Shown here: positions 52,103 through 63,669 of the stretch, piece after piece
Layout: each line of letters opens with the position of its first letter
How positions within the stretch are numbered: the first letter of the stretch is position 1
Notes under the pieces: model-generated
Seen by the model: the letters and a program-made list of their open reading frames with translations, nothing else
The model's database searches: none
What the model was told of the DNA's origin: nothing
Origin: Octopus bimaculoides
Lineage: Eukaryota
DNA length: 64,000 nt
Reading direction: 5' to 3'
Assembly: GCF_001194135.2 (NCBI RefSeq)
Contig: NC_068981.1
Location: forward strand, 191,236,834 to 191,300,833
Position numbers and translations under genes: made by a program

Positions 52103-52197
52103 ACAAAAAATTTTCCATCAATGAACAGGGCATGATTACAACTGCTTCCACATCAACTGTATTTCCAGCAGACAGAATTTACACTCTCAATATTGAG
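52103..52197 (+). CDS. Cadherin-repeat protein, exon D (EC2 middle)
   Basis: ttcttacag|AC. With G from exon C it reads DKKFSINEQGMITTASTSTVFPADRIYTLNIE (F.I...G.I.T and Y.L.IE motifs). Donor GAG|gtaagt, phase 1/0. Not in the ORF track. Confidence 0.88.
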
Positions 52198-52538
52198 GTA
52201 AGTTTTTGCTTCTTTTGAATCAAATTATGTAATATATGTATATATGTGTGGAAGGTGTGTGGCCCAGTGGTTAGAGTGTTGCTTTCATGATCACTAGATC
52301 ATAGGTTCGATTCCCAAACTGGCTGCATGTCATGTTCTTGAGTAAAACACTTTGTTTCACATCGCTCCAGTCCACTCTGTTGTAAATGGATCTCCCTGTG
52401 GTGGATTAGCCTTCCGATCAGGGGGAATGTTGGCCTGCTCACCTCACCAGTGGGGCGGCATCATTCAAAAGTCAAAACAATGCAAAGCACATTGTCAACA
52501 GCAATGTATAACAACATACAATAGTCTGGTTAATATCA

Positions 52539-52581
<43 letters not shown>

Positions 52582-52589
52582 NNNNNNNN

Positions 52590-52890
52590 NNACATTCGAG
52601 CGAGATCGTTGCCAGTGCCGCTGGACTGGCTCCTGTGCAGGTGGCACATAAAATACACCATTTTGAGCGTGGCCATTGCCAGTACCGCCTGACTGGCCTT
52701 CGTGCCGGTGGCACGTAAAAGCACCCACTACACTCTCGGAGTTGTTGGCGTTAGGAAGGGCATCCAGCTGTAGAAACTCTGCCAAATCAGATTGGAGCCT
52801 GGTGTAGCCATCTGGTTCACCAGTCCTCAGTCAAATCATCCAACCCATGCTAGCATGGAAAGCAGACATTAAACAATGATCATGATGATG
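52590..52890 (+). mobile_element. Family C (RTE 3'UTR) with 2 modules
   Basis: Modules, core and tail. Confidence 0.85.
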
Positions 52891-53055
52891 ATATATATAT
52901 ATATATTGCATCTAAGCTGAAGTGAAGACAGCATGTTCTTTGTCTATCTCCTTACCTTCTTGGAGGTTTTAGGTAAAATTATACTAATTTGTCCATTTGT
53001 TTTAATTTAATTTAATTCTATGTATTTATGCAGCTGAGGATTGCAGCTGAGGATT

Positions 53056-53123
53056 GCAGCTGAGGATTGCGGTTATGGTTGTGTTGTTCAATTAAATGGA
53101 GTCGCTTGAAACGATCGTACTGC
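53056..53123 (+). ncRNA. Type-I hammerhead-like motif (family 2), gene-sense strand
   Basis: GCAG-CUGAGGA-[stem II]-GAAAC-GAUC-GUA-CUGC. ACGAUCGU is a perfect palindrome. The base of stem II is atypical. Confidence 0.6.
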
Positions 53124-53154
53124 ATTACCTCTGGATCTCCTGTTGCTTATTTTG

Positions 53155-53199
<45 letters not shown>

Positions 53200-53320
53200 A
53201 TTCAAGGAAGTCATATCCCGATTACATATTATATAATCCAAGGTATTCCACTGGTGTAATCCCTATCATATAATGTGAAAATCATTGGTATATGTTCAGG
53301 GTTATTGAAATTATCAATAT

Positions 53321-53666
53321 TGGGGGGAAAACAAGAAGAAAATAGGGAAGAAATGGATGTAAGTAATAATTTATTTGTATGTTACAAAAAGATGACATCT
53401 TTTTTTTAAAAAACATAACCGTACAAATAAATTGAATGACAGGTTGAAAGCTCAAAAAATAAATTAAAATAAAATATACATTTTATTTTATTTTTATTTT
53501 TTATTTTATTTTATTTTAATTTACTTTTTGAGCTTTCAACCTGTCATTCAATTTATTTGTACGGTTATGTTTTTAAAAAAAAATATGTCATCTTTTTGTA
53601 ACATACATATAAATTATTACTTACATCCATTTCTTCCCCATTTTCTTCATCTTGTTTTCCACCCCA
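53321..53666. repeat. Foldback with arms of about 155 bp (53321-53476 and 53507-53666)
   Basis: Manual alignment gives roughly 95 percent identity with an AT-rich 30-nt loop. Confidence 0.88.
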
Positions 53667-53669
53667 TAT

Positions 53670-53955
53670 ATTTGCCAGTGCTGCCTGACTGGCTCTTGTG
53701 CAAGTGGCACGTAAAATGTACCATTCAAGCATGGTTGAAGCCAGTGCCACCCGACTAGCGCCTGTGCCAGTGGCATGCAAAAAGCAGCCACTATATTCTC
53801 GGAGTGGTTGGTGTTAGGAAAGGCATCCAGCTGTAGAAACCTTGCCTGATAAGATTGGAGCCTGGTGCAGCCTCTTGGCTTGCCAGTCCTCAATCAAACC
53901 TTCCAACCCATGCCAGCATGAAAAACGGGCGTTAAACGATGATGATGATGATGAT
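53670..53955 (+). mobile_element. Family C (RTE 3'UTR)
   Basis: Modules, core and (GAT)n. Confidence 0.8.
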
Positions 53956-53956
53956 G

Positions 53957-54024
<68 letters not shown>

Positions 54025-54036
<12 letters not shown>

Positions 54037-54227
54037 GGAATTTACAAAAAAACAAAACAAAAGACGAAGACGAGTGTGTAAACAACAAATAGATGTATTA
54101 GTTTAACGTTCGGGAAGTGAGAAAGTCTTTTACGTTTCGAGCCTACGCTCTTCAACTGAAAGGAACAGAGAAATAAGCAGAGAGAAAAAATAAAAAGGGT
54201 TTAGTGGCTAGCGATCAATCATGGCGA
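54025..54227 (-). mobile_element. Penelope-type terminal fragment (family 3) with degenerate hammerhead at 54127-54162
   Basis: Minus strand CUUU-CAGUUGA-A-GAGC(GUAG)GCUC-GAAAC-GUA-AAAG, embedded between microsatellites. Confidence 0.55.
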
Positions 54228-55354
54228 ATATATGTATATGTGTGTGTGTGTATATAATGTATGTATATAAACGCATGTTATATATGTGTCTATGTAATGT
54301 ATATATGAATGTGTGTGTGTGTGTGTATGTTCTTCTTTTTAATCTAGGGTTAATTTTGATGAGTCACCTGCTTGTAGCAAGGACTGTGTCTTGCTTTGTT
54401 CATCATTCTTTAAATCTTAAGGCCTTGCACATTTCTATTGTCCATGTATATTTATATGTATGCATACATAACATGCATACATAGTACTCATGCATGTATG
54501 GTTTTCTATCCCAGGGTCTGATTTTAACCATAATATGTTTCTTTATTAGCCACACAGGGCTCAACATAGAGGGGACAAAATACAAATGTAGAGTTTTTCT
54601 TTTCGAAGGGGGCGAAAACAAAGTAGAAAAAAAAAAAAAAATGAGGTAAAAAAAAAATTATTTCTAGCTGTTTTACCATTTATCTGATAATAAGGGTGAG
54701 AGCGAAAGAGAGAGAGAGTGTATGTGTGTGTTGTGACTTTATTCACAACCTATCAAATAAAGAATAAAAAGAAGGAAATGACATGAGGTGGAAAACCGGA
54801 CACCAGTGAGATTTTTTGTATTTGACTTCTAATGGTTTCTGGTTTTGGCCCACGGCCAGCAATTTCAAGAGGAGGCGTTTAGTCCATACCACTGACCGCA
54901 GTATTTGAGCATCACTTTTTTTTCTCAAACTCAAAATGATGAAAAGTTGGCAGGAGCAGGATTCCGAGTTGAAATCCTGCCAAAATCAACTTTGCATCTT
55001 GTCCTTTCTGGGTCAACAAAATACAGCACCAATAAAGAACTGGGGTCAATGCAATTGAATAAACCCCCTCCCTTCAAACTGCTGACCTTCTGCCTAAAGA
55101 AGAAACATCTGACTAATACTTAAGGTTACATTGAGTTATTGTTACAGATTGGGAAGCTAAGCAAGTTAGCCTTGCGGTTAACAAGTTTGCTTCATAACCA
55201 CATTGATCAGAGTTTGATCCCACTATGCACCACCTTGGGAAAGTATTTTCTACTGTAGCCTTGGCTTGACCTTGGTGGACAAGAAACAATGCTCACGTAA
55301 AAAGCACCCACTACACTCTCCATTCACTTTTGCCAAATGTCCTCAAATGCTTTA

Positions 55355-55615
55355 TTGACCCTGAAAGAATGAAAAGCAAAGTTGACCTTAGCAAAATTTG
55401 AACTCAGAACATAGAGACAGATATGTGCTGCCATCTGCTGGTATGCTACAGAACTAGTTTGGGAACTTTTTGATGCCACCTTGTATTTTTTTTTTGACCC
55501 TGAAAGAATGAAAGGCAAAGTTGACCTTAGCAAAATTTGAACTCAGAACATAGAGACAGACAAAATACCACTAAACATTTTGCTCAGCATGCTACCAATT
55601 CTGCCAGCCTGCCAC
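55355..55615 (-). mobile_element. Family A SINE with local duplication of about 66 bp
   Basis: 55355-55420 and 55495-55560 are nearly identical. Confidence 0.75.
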
Positions 55616-56296
55616 CTCAAAACAAGAACAAAATAAAATAATAAATATAACTTTTATTGATGTTGGTGAGAGAGATAAGAAGTTTCAAGAAGTTATCATA
55701 TTGTTTATATTTAAAAGTTTTGTAGCAGAATATGGCAAATGAGAATTGTAGACCTTTGATAAGAAAGCAAACATTGTATACATACATTAATTTAATAGTA
55801 TTAGACGAGAAGAAGAAAAGCAAGAAGGATATTAAAATCTATGATTCTTGACTACAAACATTTACTTTGTAGATTTAAATGACACCCAGTATTGACAATT
55901 TTATAACTTTAAAGTTCCCTGACATAATAATTATTGTAAACAAAATATTCATGTCATTGACATTGTGTAAACATCAAATATAAGTTGAACAAGAAAACTT
56001 TTGGAAGAGGCCGTTTAAAAGTTTGTTCTTTACTGTTGTTTGTTTGTTTTTTTAGTGTCTTTAAATATTGCTTTTACATATAACCATATAATTCTAAATG
56101 TTTAGGCATGTGTGTTTGTGTGTGTATATGTGTGTATGTGTGTGTGCATGTATATGTGTGTCTGTACACACACTCGCATGTGTGTGTGTAATATATATAT
56201 ATATATTTTTTCACATGTATCCATGTTATTCTAAATTTTTATTCTCTCACACACATATATAATATAACATATAACCATGTAATTCTAAATTTTTAC

Positions 56297-56379
<83 letters not shown>

Positions 56380-56382
<3 letters not shown>

Positions 56383-56695
56383 AAGGCACATGGTTTTGTG
56401 GTTAGGTTATTTGGCTTGTGATCATAAGCTCATGAGTTCAAATTCCAGTGGTATGTTGTGTCCTTGAGCAAGACACTTTATTTCACACTGCTCCAGGCCT
56501 CTCAGCTGGCAAGAATAAGTAGTACCTGTATTTCAAAGGGCCAACCTTGTCAAATTCTGTGTCATGTTGAATCTTCCTGAGAATGATGTTAAGGGTACAC
56601 ATGTCTGTGGAGTGCTCAGCCACTTGCATGTTGATTTCATGAGCAGGCTGTTTCATTGATTGGATCAACTAGAACTTCATTACCAATGAAGTACC
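56380..56695 (+). mobile_element. SINE family D
   Basis: Shares its 3' half with 38350-38740. Confidence 0.8.
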
Positions 56696-56859
56696 AGTTA
56701 TATATTTAGGATATTTGGCTCATGATCATAAGGTCACAGGCACAAGCTGAGGGTCTGTCTGCCATTATTATTTTCTGAAACAAAGATTATACAGAGTTAG
56801 CAAAAAATGCAGCAATGAGCCCAAAATGGTATGTCCTCAAATACCTTACACACCCTGTA

Positions 56860-56940
<81 letters not shown>

Positions 56941-59900
56941 TCTCACATACACACATACACCATTCAAAGAATTATTAACTTAATCTAAGAAATTTTCTAA
57001 TCTACTCATCAATTATTCACATCTCCAGCAATTAGCAAGAATCGTGGTAACAAAATCTATGATCATACAAAATATAACTCCAGTTTAGTTTTTTTTTTTT
57101 TTTAGGTTGGAGGTGGGTGGAGCCATTTAGTGAGAATTTATTATTTCACTGTGAAGTTCAACAAAAGATTTCAAAATCAGTCCTTTTATCAATTCATATT
57201 AATAATTACTTTGAAAGTAAAGTGAAAAGAAACAAGAATTTTCACAGAAAATTTTATCATGTTTAAACACATCACAAATATTGCCAAAGTTAACAATCGA
57301 AAAAGTTGAAATTTACAATCCATCAGTATTTTTGATAAATTATGGAAATAAACTTAGCAGAAAATGTGAAAAGACAATTTCATGTTCTACATTTATATTT
57401 AAAACTAAATTCATTGTGAAGGTTTTCTGCTTATATATATATAGTTTAGTATATCATAATGAACAATCTTTTAACAAATTCTCAAGTTTAGATATAATCT
57501 TATTTTAAAACATTCATATATTTCAGATATAGTTTAGTCTGGAAAATAAGCAAAGCTCAGCTTGTTTTTTGTTGCTGGTAGTGTTTATGACTACAATGAT
57601 TATATTATCTGCTAGACAGATAACACAAACTTTATAGAGAGAGATATAGAGATATCAGTGTAACCAAAATTAGATAATTATGACAAGTTCTTTCTCTCTC
57701 TTTCCTCTTCATCATCATCATCATTTTAACATCAGTTTTCCATGCTGGTATGGGTTGGTTGGTTTGAGAGGAGCTGGCTTCAGTCACCTGTTTTGGCCTG
57801 GTTTCTTCAGCTGGATGCCCTTCCTAACTCCAACCACTTTTACAGAGTGTACTGGGTGCATTTTTATGTGGCACCAGTATGGGTGCATTTTTATGTGGCA
57901 CCAGCATGGGTGCATTTTTACATGGTGCCCGCATGAGTGCATTTCTTTATGTGACACCAATACAGGGACTTTTTACGTGGTGTCAGTCAGGTGTGTGTGT
58001 AATCCCAAAGATTCCACAAATTTTCTGTGTTTAAAAAAATATAAACAAAACATGAGTGTGTGCAGCTATATTCAACACACACATATACATTCAATCATGG
58101 AAAGATATTCACTGCAGAAACTGTCTCTGGAAGAGAAATTTTCTTTATAGACAATATGTCTGAAAACCATACCACTAGGCCATGAATGAGTGTTTGAATT
58201 TAAGAAACTTCAAAAATATTAATCTTCACTTTCTAAATTTTTCTCTCTATCTCTCCTAAGTATGAATAACTATGAAGCTCCTTAACAAGAACTTGCTTTA
58301 CCCCAACTTCTTCTCCATACCTTGACCTCCATCTAATATAAGGATGCACTTCCTTCTCAGATTTGGTAGATTTGTGAGCTGCATGGTGACCTCGGTGATG
58401 CTGGTAGCAGGAAAAAAAGTACCCAGTACATATTGTAAAGTGGTTGGTATCTGGCCATAGAAACCATGCCAAAGCAGACACTAGAGCACAGTGCAATCCT
58501 TAGACCCATCAGATTTTTGTCAAACTGTTTAAGCCAGAGGTGGGGAAACTTTTTAGCGTAGCGGGCAAAAATTTCCAAAGTAAAAGGTCCTCAGGCGGAT
58601 CACAAGTTCTAACTCTTATATCTGTGTAAATCTTGTATATATCTCTATATAATTCGATATACATTAATATAGATAAGTTTAACACATTAAATTAATGTGT
58701 AACATCTTCATTAATGCCACCACTGAATTTAAAACATTTATATTACTTATGCGGTATTCTATATTTTTCAGCTAGAGTGTAGTTGGGTCTCAAGGGGGTG
58801 GTACAAACCTAGTAGTATGTGTTTTATAGCGAAAGCAAAATTTTTCTCTACCCCCTCCACACACACACACACACACTGCCCCCTTTAGGCACCAGTGCCC
58901 ATCTGGACTGTCTCAATGCCCACCAGGGGTGCAGTAGTGCCCACTTTGAGAACCCATGTCTTAGAGAGATGTCTAAACAAAAACCAGTCATCTCTCACTC
59001 TCAGCGGTTGAATGAATGGCTGTTGACTCTACTGAATTCATCTACTCTTTGACAGGTTTGTTTTGTGTCCTGCAAGCTGTCCAACAAAGGCCATCCTCCT
59101 TTCCCAAGCAGGCTTGGTAGAGTTGCCAATGGTCTGACCATGCAACAGGTTGTATTGTAACACTAGGAGTGACTTGATTTATGAGGGCTATATACTCAAC
59201 TAAAACCCTTAAAGCTGGTGCCCCAGCATGGCTGGGAGCCCAAGACTGAAAGCAATAATACGTCAAGAGAGAAAGAAAAAAGAATTGAAACAGTTTATCT
59301 TTTATTCCATGTTTATAAATTGATTTAACATGTTCTTCCATTAAAATACTACATATTTACTGATCTTTATGCTTGACGCTGTTTCAAAAGATTCCTTAAT
59401 GTTTGGAACAATGGCCTTTATTTATTTACTGTATTTGGTTGCTTGAAAATAGAAAATGACAATGTATGTCACAATACATATTGAAATTTCAAAAATATCC
59501 TTCTTTTTTTTCCCCCACCACTGACTTCCTTTCTAAACTAAGACATAAATTTTAATGAGAAATGTTGAATCATAGAAGAGTTTTATTTAATATCTAAAAG
59601 CATATTCTTTGTCAAAGGGTTAAGAATAGGGTTTGTTTTGGGGTTTGTGTAAGTGTGTGTTAAAATTCTTCAGCATCCTTTGATTGATAATATATATGTA
59701 TACATCAACTTCATAGTTCTTTTATGTTGCTTTTCTAATTAAAGATAGCAACCGTGTTTAAAACACTGCAACCATTCATGTATGTCTGTGTGTCCAACTG
59801 AATCCATTAAGGTCTTTCTGAAGTCAATTGTTTTCTTTCATCCAAATTTAATTATCCTTTTGTTCAAGAACGACATAAATACTAGCGATTATGTCATTAT

Positions 59901-60567
59901 AGTCATATAGGTTTCTCAACGAACATAAGTCGTTTTTATTTTTATTTCAATTTGTTTTATTTTACTTCTTGTTTCACTAACTTTAAAACAAGATTGTTCA
60001 CAAACGGTTTAAATATATAACACAAAGACACACATACACATGCATTCTTAAGATTAATCTCCAGCACTATTGTGAATTGATCTCCTACGTTCTTTGGTCA
60101 ATTGTAATTTATGAAGTACATTTAATTCTATAGTCAGCTGTTAACAGCTTTTTTTTTTTGTATTCAAAGATTAACAAATTTATTGGCGAATACAATTCTA
60201 TATTAAAGTATCTCTGGAGAAAATATAATTGTAGTTATTTATTTATTTTATTTTTTCCTCTCTTTCTCTTATTCACTCTCTCATTTCCATGTGTTTTTTT
60301 TTAATATTATTATTATTATTAATTAAGTGAAAACAGTGTCTTTAGCTTGAATTTCTCAATGGTGGGTGTTAATAGATAGTTGGTCATGCTTCAATGGTCT
60401 CTACATTGGATGTTCTTTTAGTTTGCTTTTGAATTATATGGTTCTAGGTTCAATCCTACTGCATAGCATTTCAAGTAGATTTTCTTACCACAACCACAGA
60501 TTATAAATCTATGTTTTGTGAGTGAAATTTGGTTGACAGAAACTGCAGGCACCTACTATATAAGAAC

Positions 60568-60601
<34 letters not shown>

Positions 60602-60800
60602 TATATCATCATCATTGTTTTAACACCCACCTGCTTGCATGGTTCAGATGGAATTTGTTGAGGTAAATTTTCTATTGTCAGATCCTCTTCCTGATGTCAA
60701 TCCTCACCAGCTTCCAGGCAAGGTAATATTCACCCACAGCCAGACATGTCTTTGATAAAAGACTAGTTCACAACCATCACATGTCAACACATAGGTGCAT

Positions 60801-60852
<52 letters not shown>

Positions 60853-61008
60853 CAGGCTACCAAGTTCACTCACAAAGCTTTGGTTGGCCCAGAGTTATAG
60901 GAGAAGACACTTGCCCAAGGTCCTATACATTGGGATCAGACTCAAAACTATATCATTAGAGAGCAAGCTTTCTGTATGTGAAGTGAGTTGGCAGAGCTGA
61001 TCACTAGT

Positions 61009-61584
61009 TGTGATGTCGTGGCATCGATGCCAGGCCGTGATTCTTGTTATACAGATGTTCGTCGCTGGCTGAGAATTTCTTGTCTGCTTATTTATCGTGG
61101 TGAAGCTGAGTCACCTAACAGAATCGAAGAGAGAGATGTGCCGCGGTAGTTTGGTGTGGTGTACATAGTAAGTCGTGTTGACGCTGGTGGTGTAGAGGCT
61201 GCTTGNNNNNNNNNNNNNNNNNNNNNNNNNNNNNNNNNNNNNNNNNNNNNNNNNNNNNNNNNNNNNNNNNNNNNNNNNNNNNNNNNNNNNNNNNNNNNNN
61301 NNNNNNNNNNNNNNNNNNNNNNNNNNNNNNNNNNNNNNNNNNNNNNNNNNNNNNNNNNNNNNNNNNTTTACTCTATCACGTGACCTTATTAGGGGCCGTG
61401 ATTGGTCAGTTTGCGTTCTGGCGGGAAAGGTTCGAAGAAGTTGCCGATTCGAATTATAATCAGTCACGTGATGACAAGGAATGGGTTCTCTACTACGCTC
61501 GCATTTATTTATATTTAAATGAGAAGATTGTATGTAATGGCGATAGTAGTTTTGTATCTAGTGACGATAGGTAGTTTCACTACA
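61009..61584. other. CpG-rich element bounded by TG...CA (possible solo LTR) containing E-box and CCAAT motifs
   Basis: TGTGATGTC...TTCACTACA, TCACGTGA at 61376 and 61464, ATTGG at 61401. No TSD found. Internal N-gap. Confidence 0.35.
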
Positions 61585-62723
61585 TATATATCTCGGTATA
61601 TGTGTGTATATATATGTGTGTGTGTGTGTATGTATGTATATATATATGTGTGTGTGTGTGTATAAAAATCATTGGTGCTGGTGTCACATAAAAAGCACCC
61701 AGTACACTCTGTATAGTGACTGAGTTTAAGAAGAGCATCCAGCCGTAGAAACCATACTAAATCAGATTGCAGTTTGGTGCAGCTTACCAGCTCTGGTCAA
61801 ACCATCCAACCTATGCCAGCATGGAAAACAAATGACGACGATGATGATGATGATGACGATGTGTGTGTGTGTGTATGTGATAACAGTGAAAGATGTACAT
61901 AGGAATAAGAAAACTGGAAAAGTAATACATTGGAGCAAAAAACCCTTGTGGTATTTATTCTACCAGATTTGCACAGACACTCCCTTATCATTCAACCATC
62001 AGAAATACTGTGAACAAATGATTGGTTTGTTGCATTTATAGCATTGTTGTCATTGCTGTTGATGTTTTTATCTGGAAACCAAAAACCAATTACGCCATTG
62101 TTCAGTAAATGCTGGATATAAAATTAAAACAAATAATTATAGTAGCCATGTATTAAATCATCTTACATTGAAGTCTAGACATTTATTACTGATAATTTCC
62201 AGGATTCTCTTTTTTTTTCTCGTGTTTTTAAGCATAATGTTTTGTTTTTTTCACTACTGTCTGTACATTAGCGGTTACTGACATCAGCTTCGAAATAAGG
62301 TCTTAAAACTGAACTTAACAGCTCTGATGTCTTCTTTCATAGCCTGTAATGATCTGTTGCTTATCTTGGTGTCTCAATCAGAGGAATGACAAACCTAAAG
62401 CCAGTGACATCCCTCTATGCTCTTCATGTAAAACTGACTGGTTTACATGAAGCTCAAAGGAAGCTACTGACATGAAAAACAACTTGAATCACTCAGTAAC
62501 CTCCCTTGAGCTCTAGTTTCCTCTTCACATTTCTGACACTTCTATGATAAACTTACTAACATGGTTTCACAGATGATTGCAAGCAGAAGACACCCATGGT
62601 ATGAATGGTGCTTCTTTGTTTATAGTCAGCGATTATATGTCAAGACAATAGGAATACACAATCACACTCACCATGAACACTGATATATATTTGGTGGGAG
62701 GAAACTAGAAGAAGCTCATCTTT

Positions 62724-62772
<49 letters not shown>

Positions 62773-63136
62773 CATATTGGTGCCATGTAAAAAGCACCCA
62801 GTATGCTCTGTAAAGTATTTGGTGCTAAGAAGGGCATCTAGCCATAGAAATCATACTGAAACAGACAATAGAGCTCCTGTCAAACTGTCCAACCCATACC
62901 AGCATGGAAAACAGACGTTAAATGATGAATATTCCAAAATATCCTTCCTCCTACTAACATGGAATGAAAACTTCTTATGGTAGCATGAAATTGTAACATT
63001 ATCACTATATCACTAACTTCTTAGTCATGATTAGCACAAGTGAAACCAGCCAACTATGTAAATATTTTATTTCATAAAACGAAATGTGTGTGTGTGTGTG
63101 TAAAAGCAAGATAAGTAACAGGATATCAAGTAGTAA

Positions 63137-63222
63137 TGCAGTACAACCGTTTCAAGTGACTCCTTTTAATTGAATAATGCAATCATTACATCAATTTAAA
63201 TACAGTGCCATCTTCAGCTGCA
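63137..63222 (-). ncRNA. Type-I hammerhead-like motif (family 2), core and stem I intact
   Basis: UGCAG-CUGAAGA-[long stem II]-GAAAC-GGUU-GUA-CUGCA. Confidence 0.6.
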
Positions 63223-63450
63223 CAAATAAATAAATAGAATTTTAACCAGTAGGACACATTAATATAATTTTTCTCAAATATTTTAACAGAGCAAGAAGAT
63301 GGAAGAAATTCATGTTGCTGCTATTGTAGCTAAGAATGGACTATACTTTCAAGAATTATATGAATTTCTTCCATCTTCTTGCTCTGTTAAAATATTTGAG
63401 AAAAATTATATTAATGAGTCCTAATTGTTAAAATTCTATTTATTTATTTG

Positions 63451-63536
63451 TGCAGCTGAAGATAACACTGCATTTAAATTGGTGTAATGATTACATTGTT
63501 CAATGAAATGGAGTCACTTGAAACGGTCGTAGGGCA
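63451..63536 (+). ncRNA. Type-I hammerhead-like motif (family 2), stem I disrupted
   Basis: UGCAG-CUGAAGA...GAAAC-GGUC-GUA-GGGCA (GG replaces CU next to the cleavage site). Confidence 0.5.
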
Positions 63537-63669
63537 TCACTACTTGATATCCTGTTGCTTATTTTGATTTTATTCACCTTACTTCGAGCTATGCAGATAA
63601 TACCAAACTGACTTGTGCTTCAACTTAAGTACCTAATTCAACTGAGTCCCAATTATTTCTTTTTCACCA

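Larger units (their letters stand above)
63107..63566. mobile_element. Penelope-type inverted repeat (207-bp arms at 63107-63313 and 63360-63566) with paired hammerhead motifs
   Basis: 17 mismatches, no indels, and a perfect inner 57 bp by manual alignment. The outer part is homologous to 53015-53155. Confidence 0.88.

Noticed and set aside
58525-58940. hAT-like termini (CAGAGGTGGGGAAAC and CTTTGAGAACCCATG)
   Set aside because: The ends do not pair with each other and no 8-bp TSD was found. They are probably fragments, and boundaries cannot be supported.
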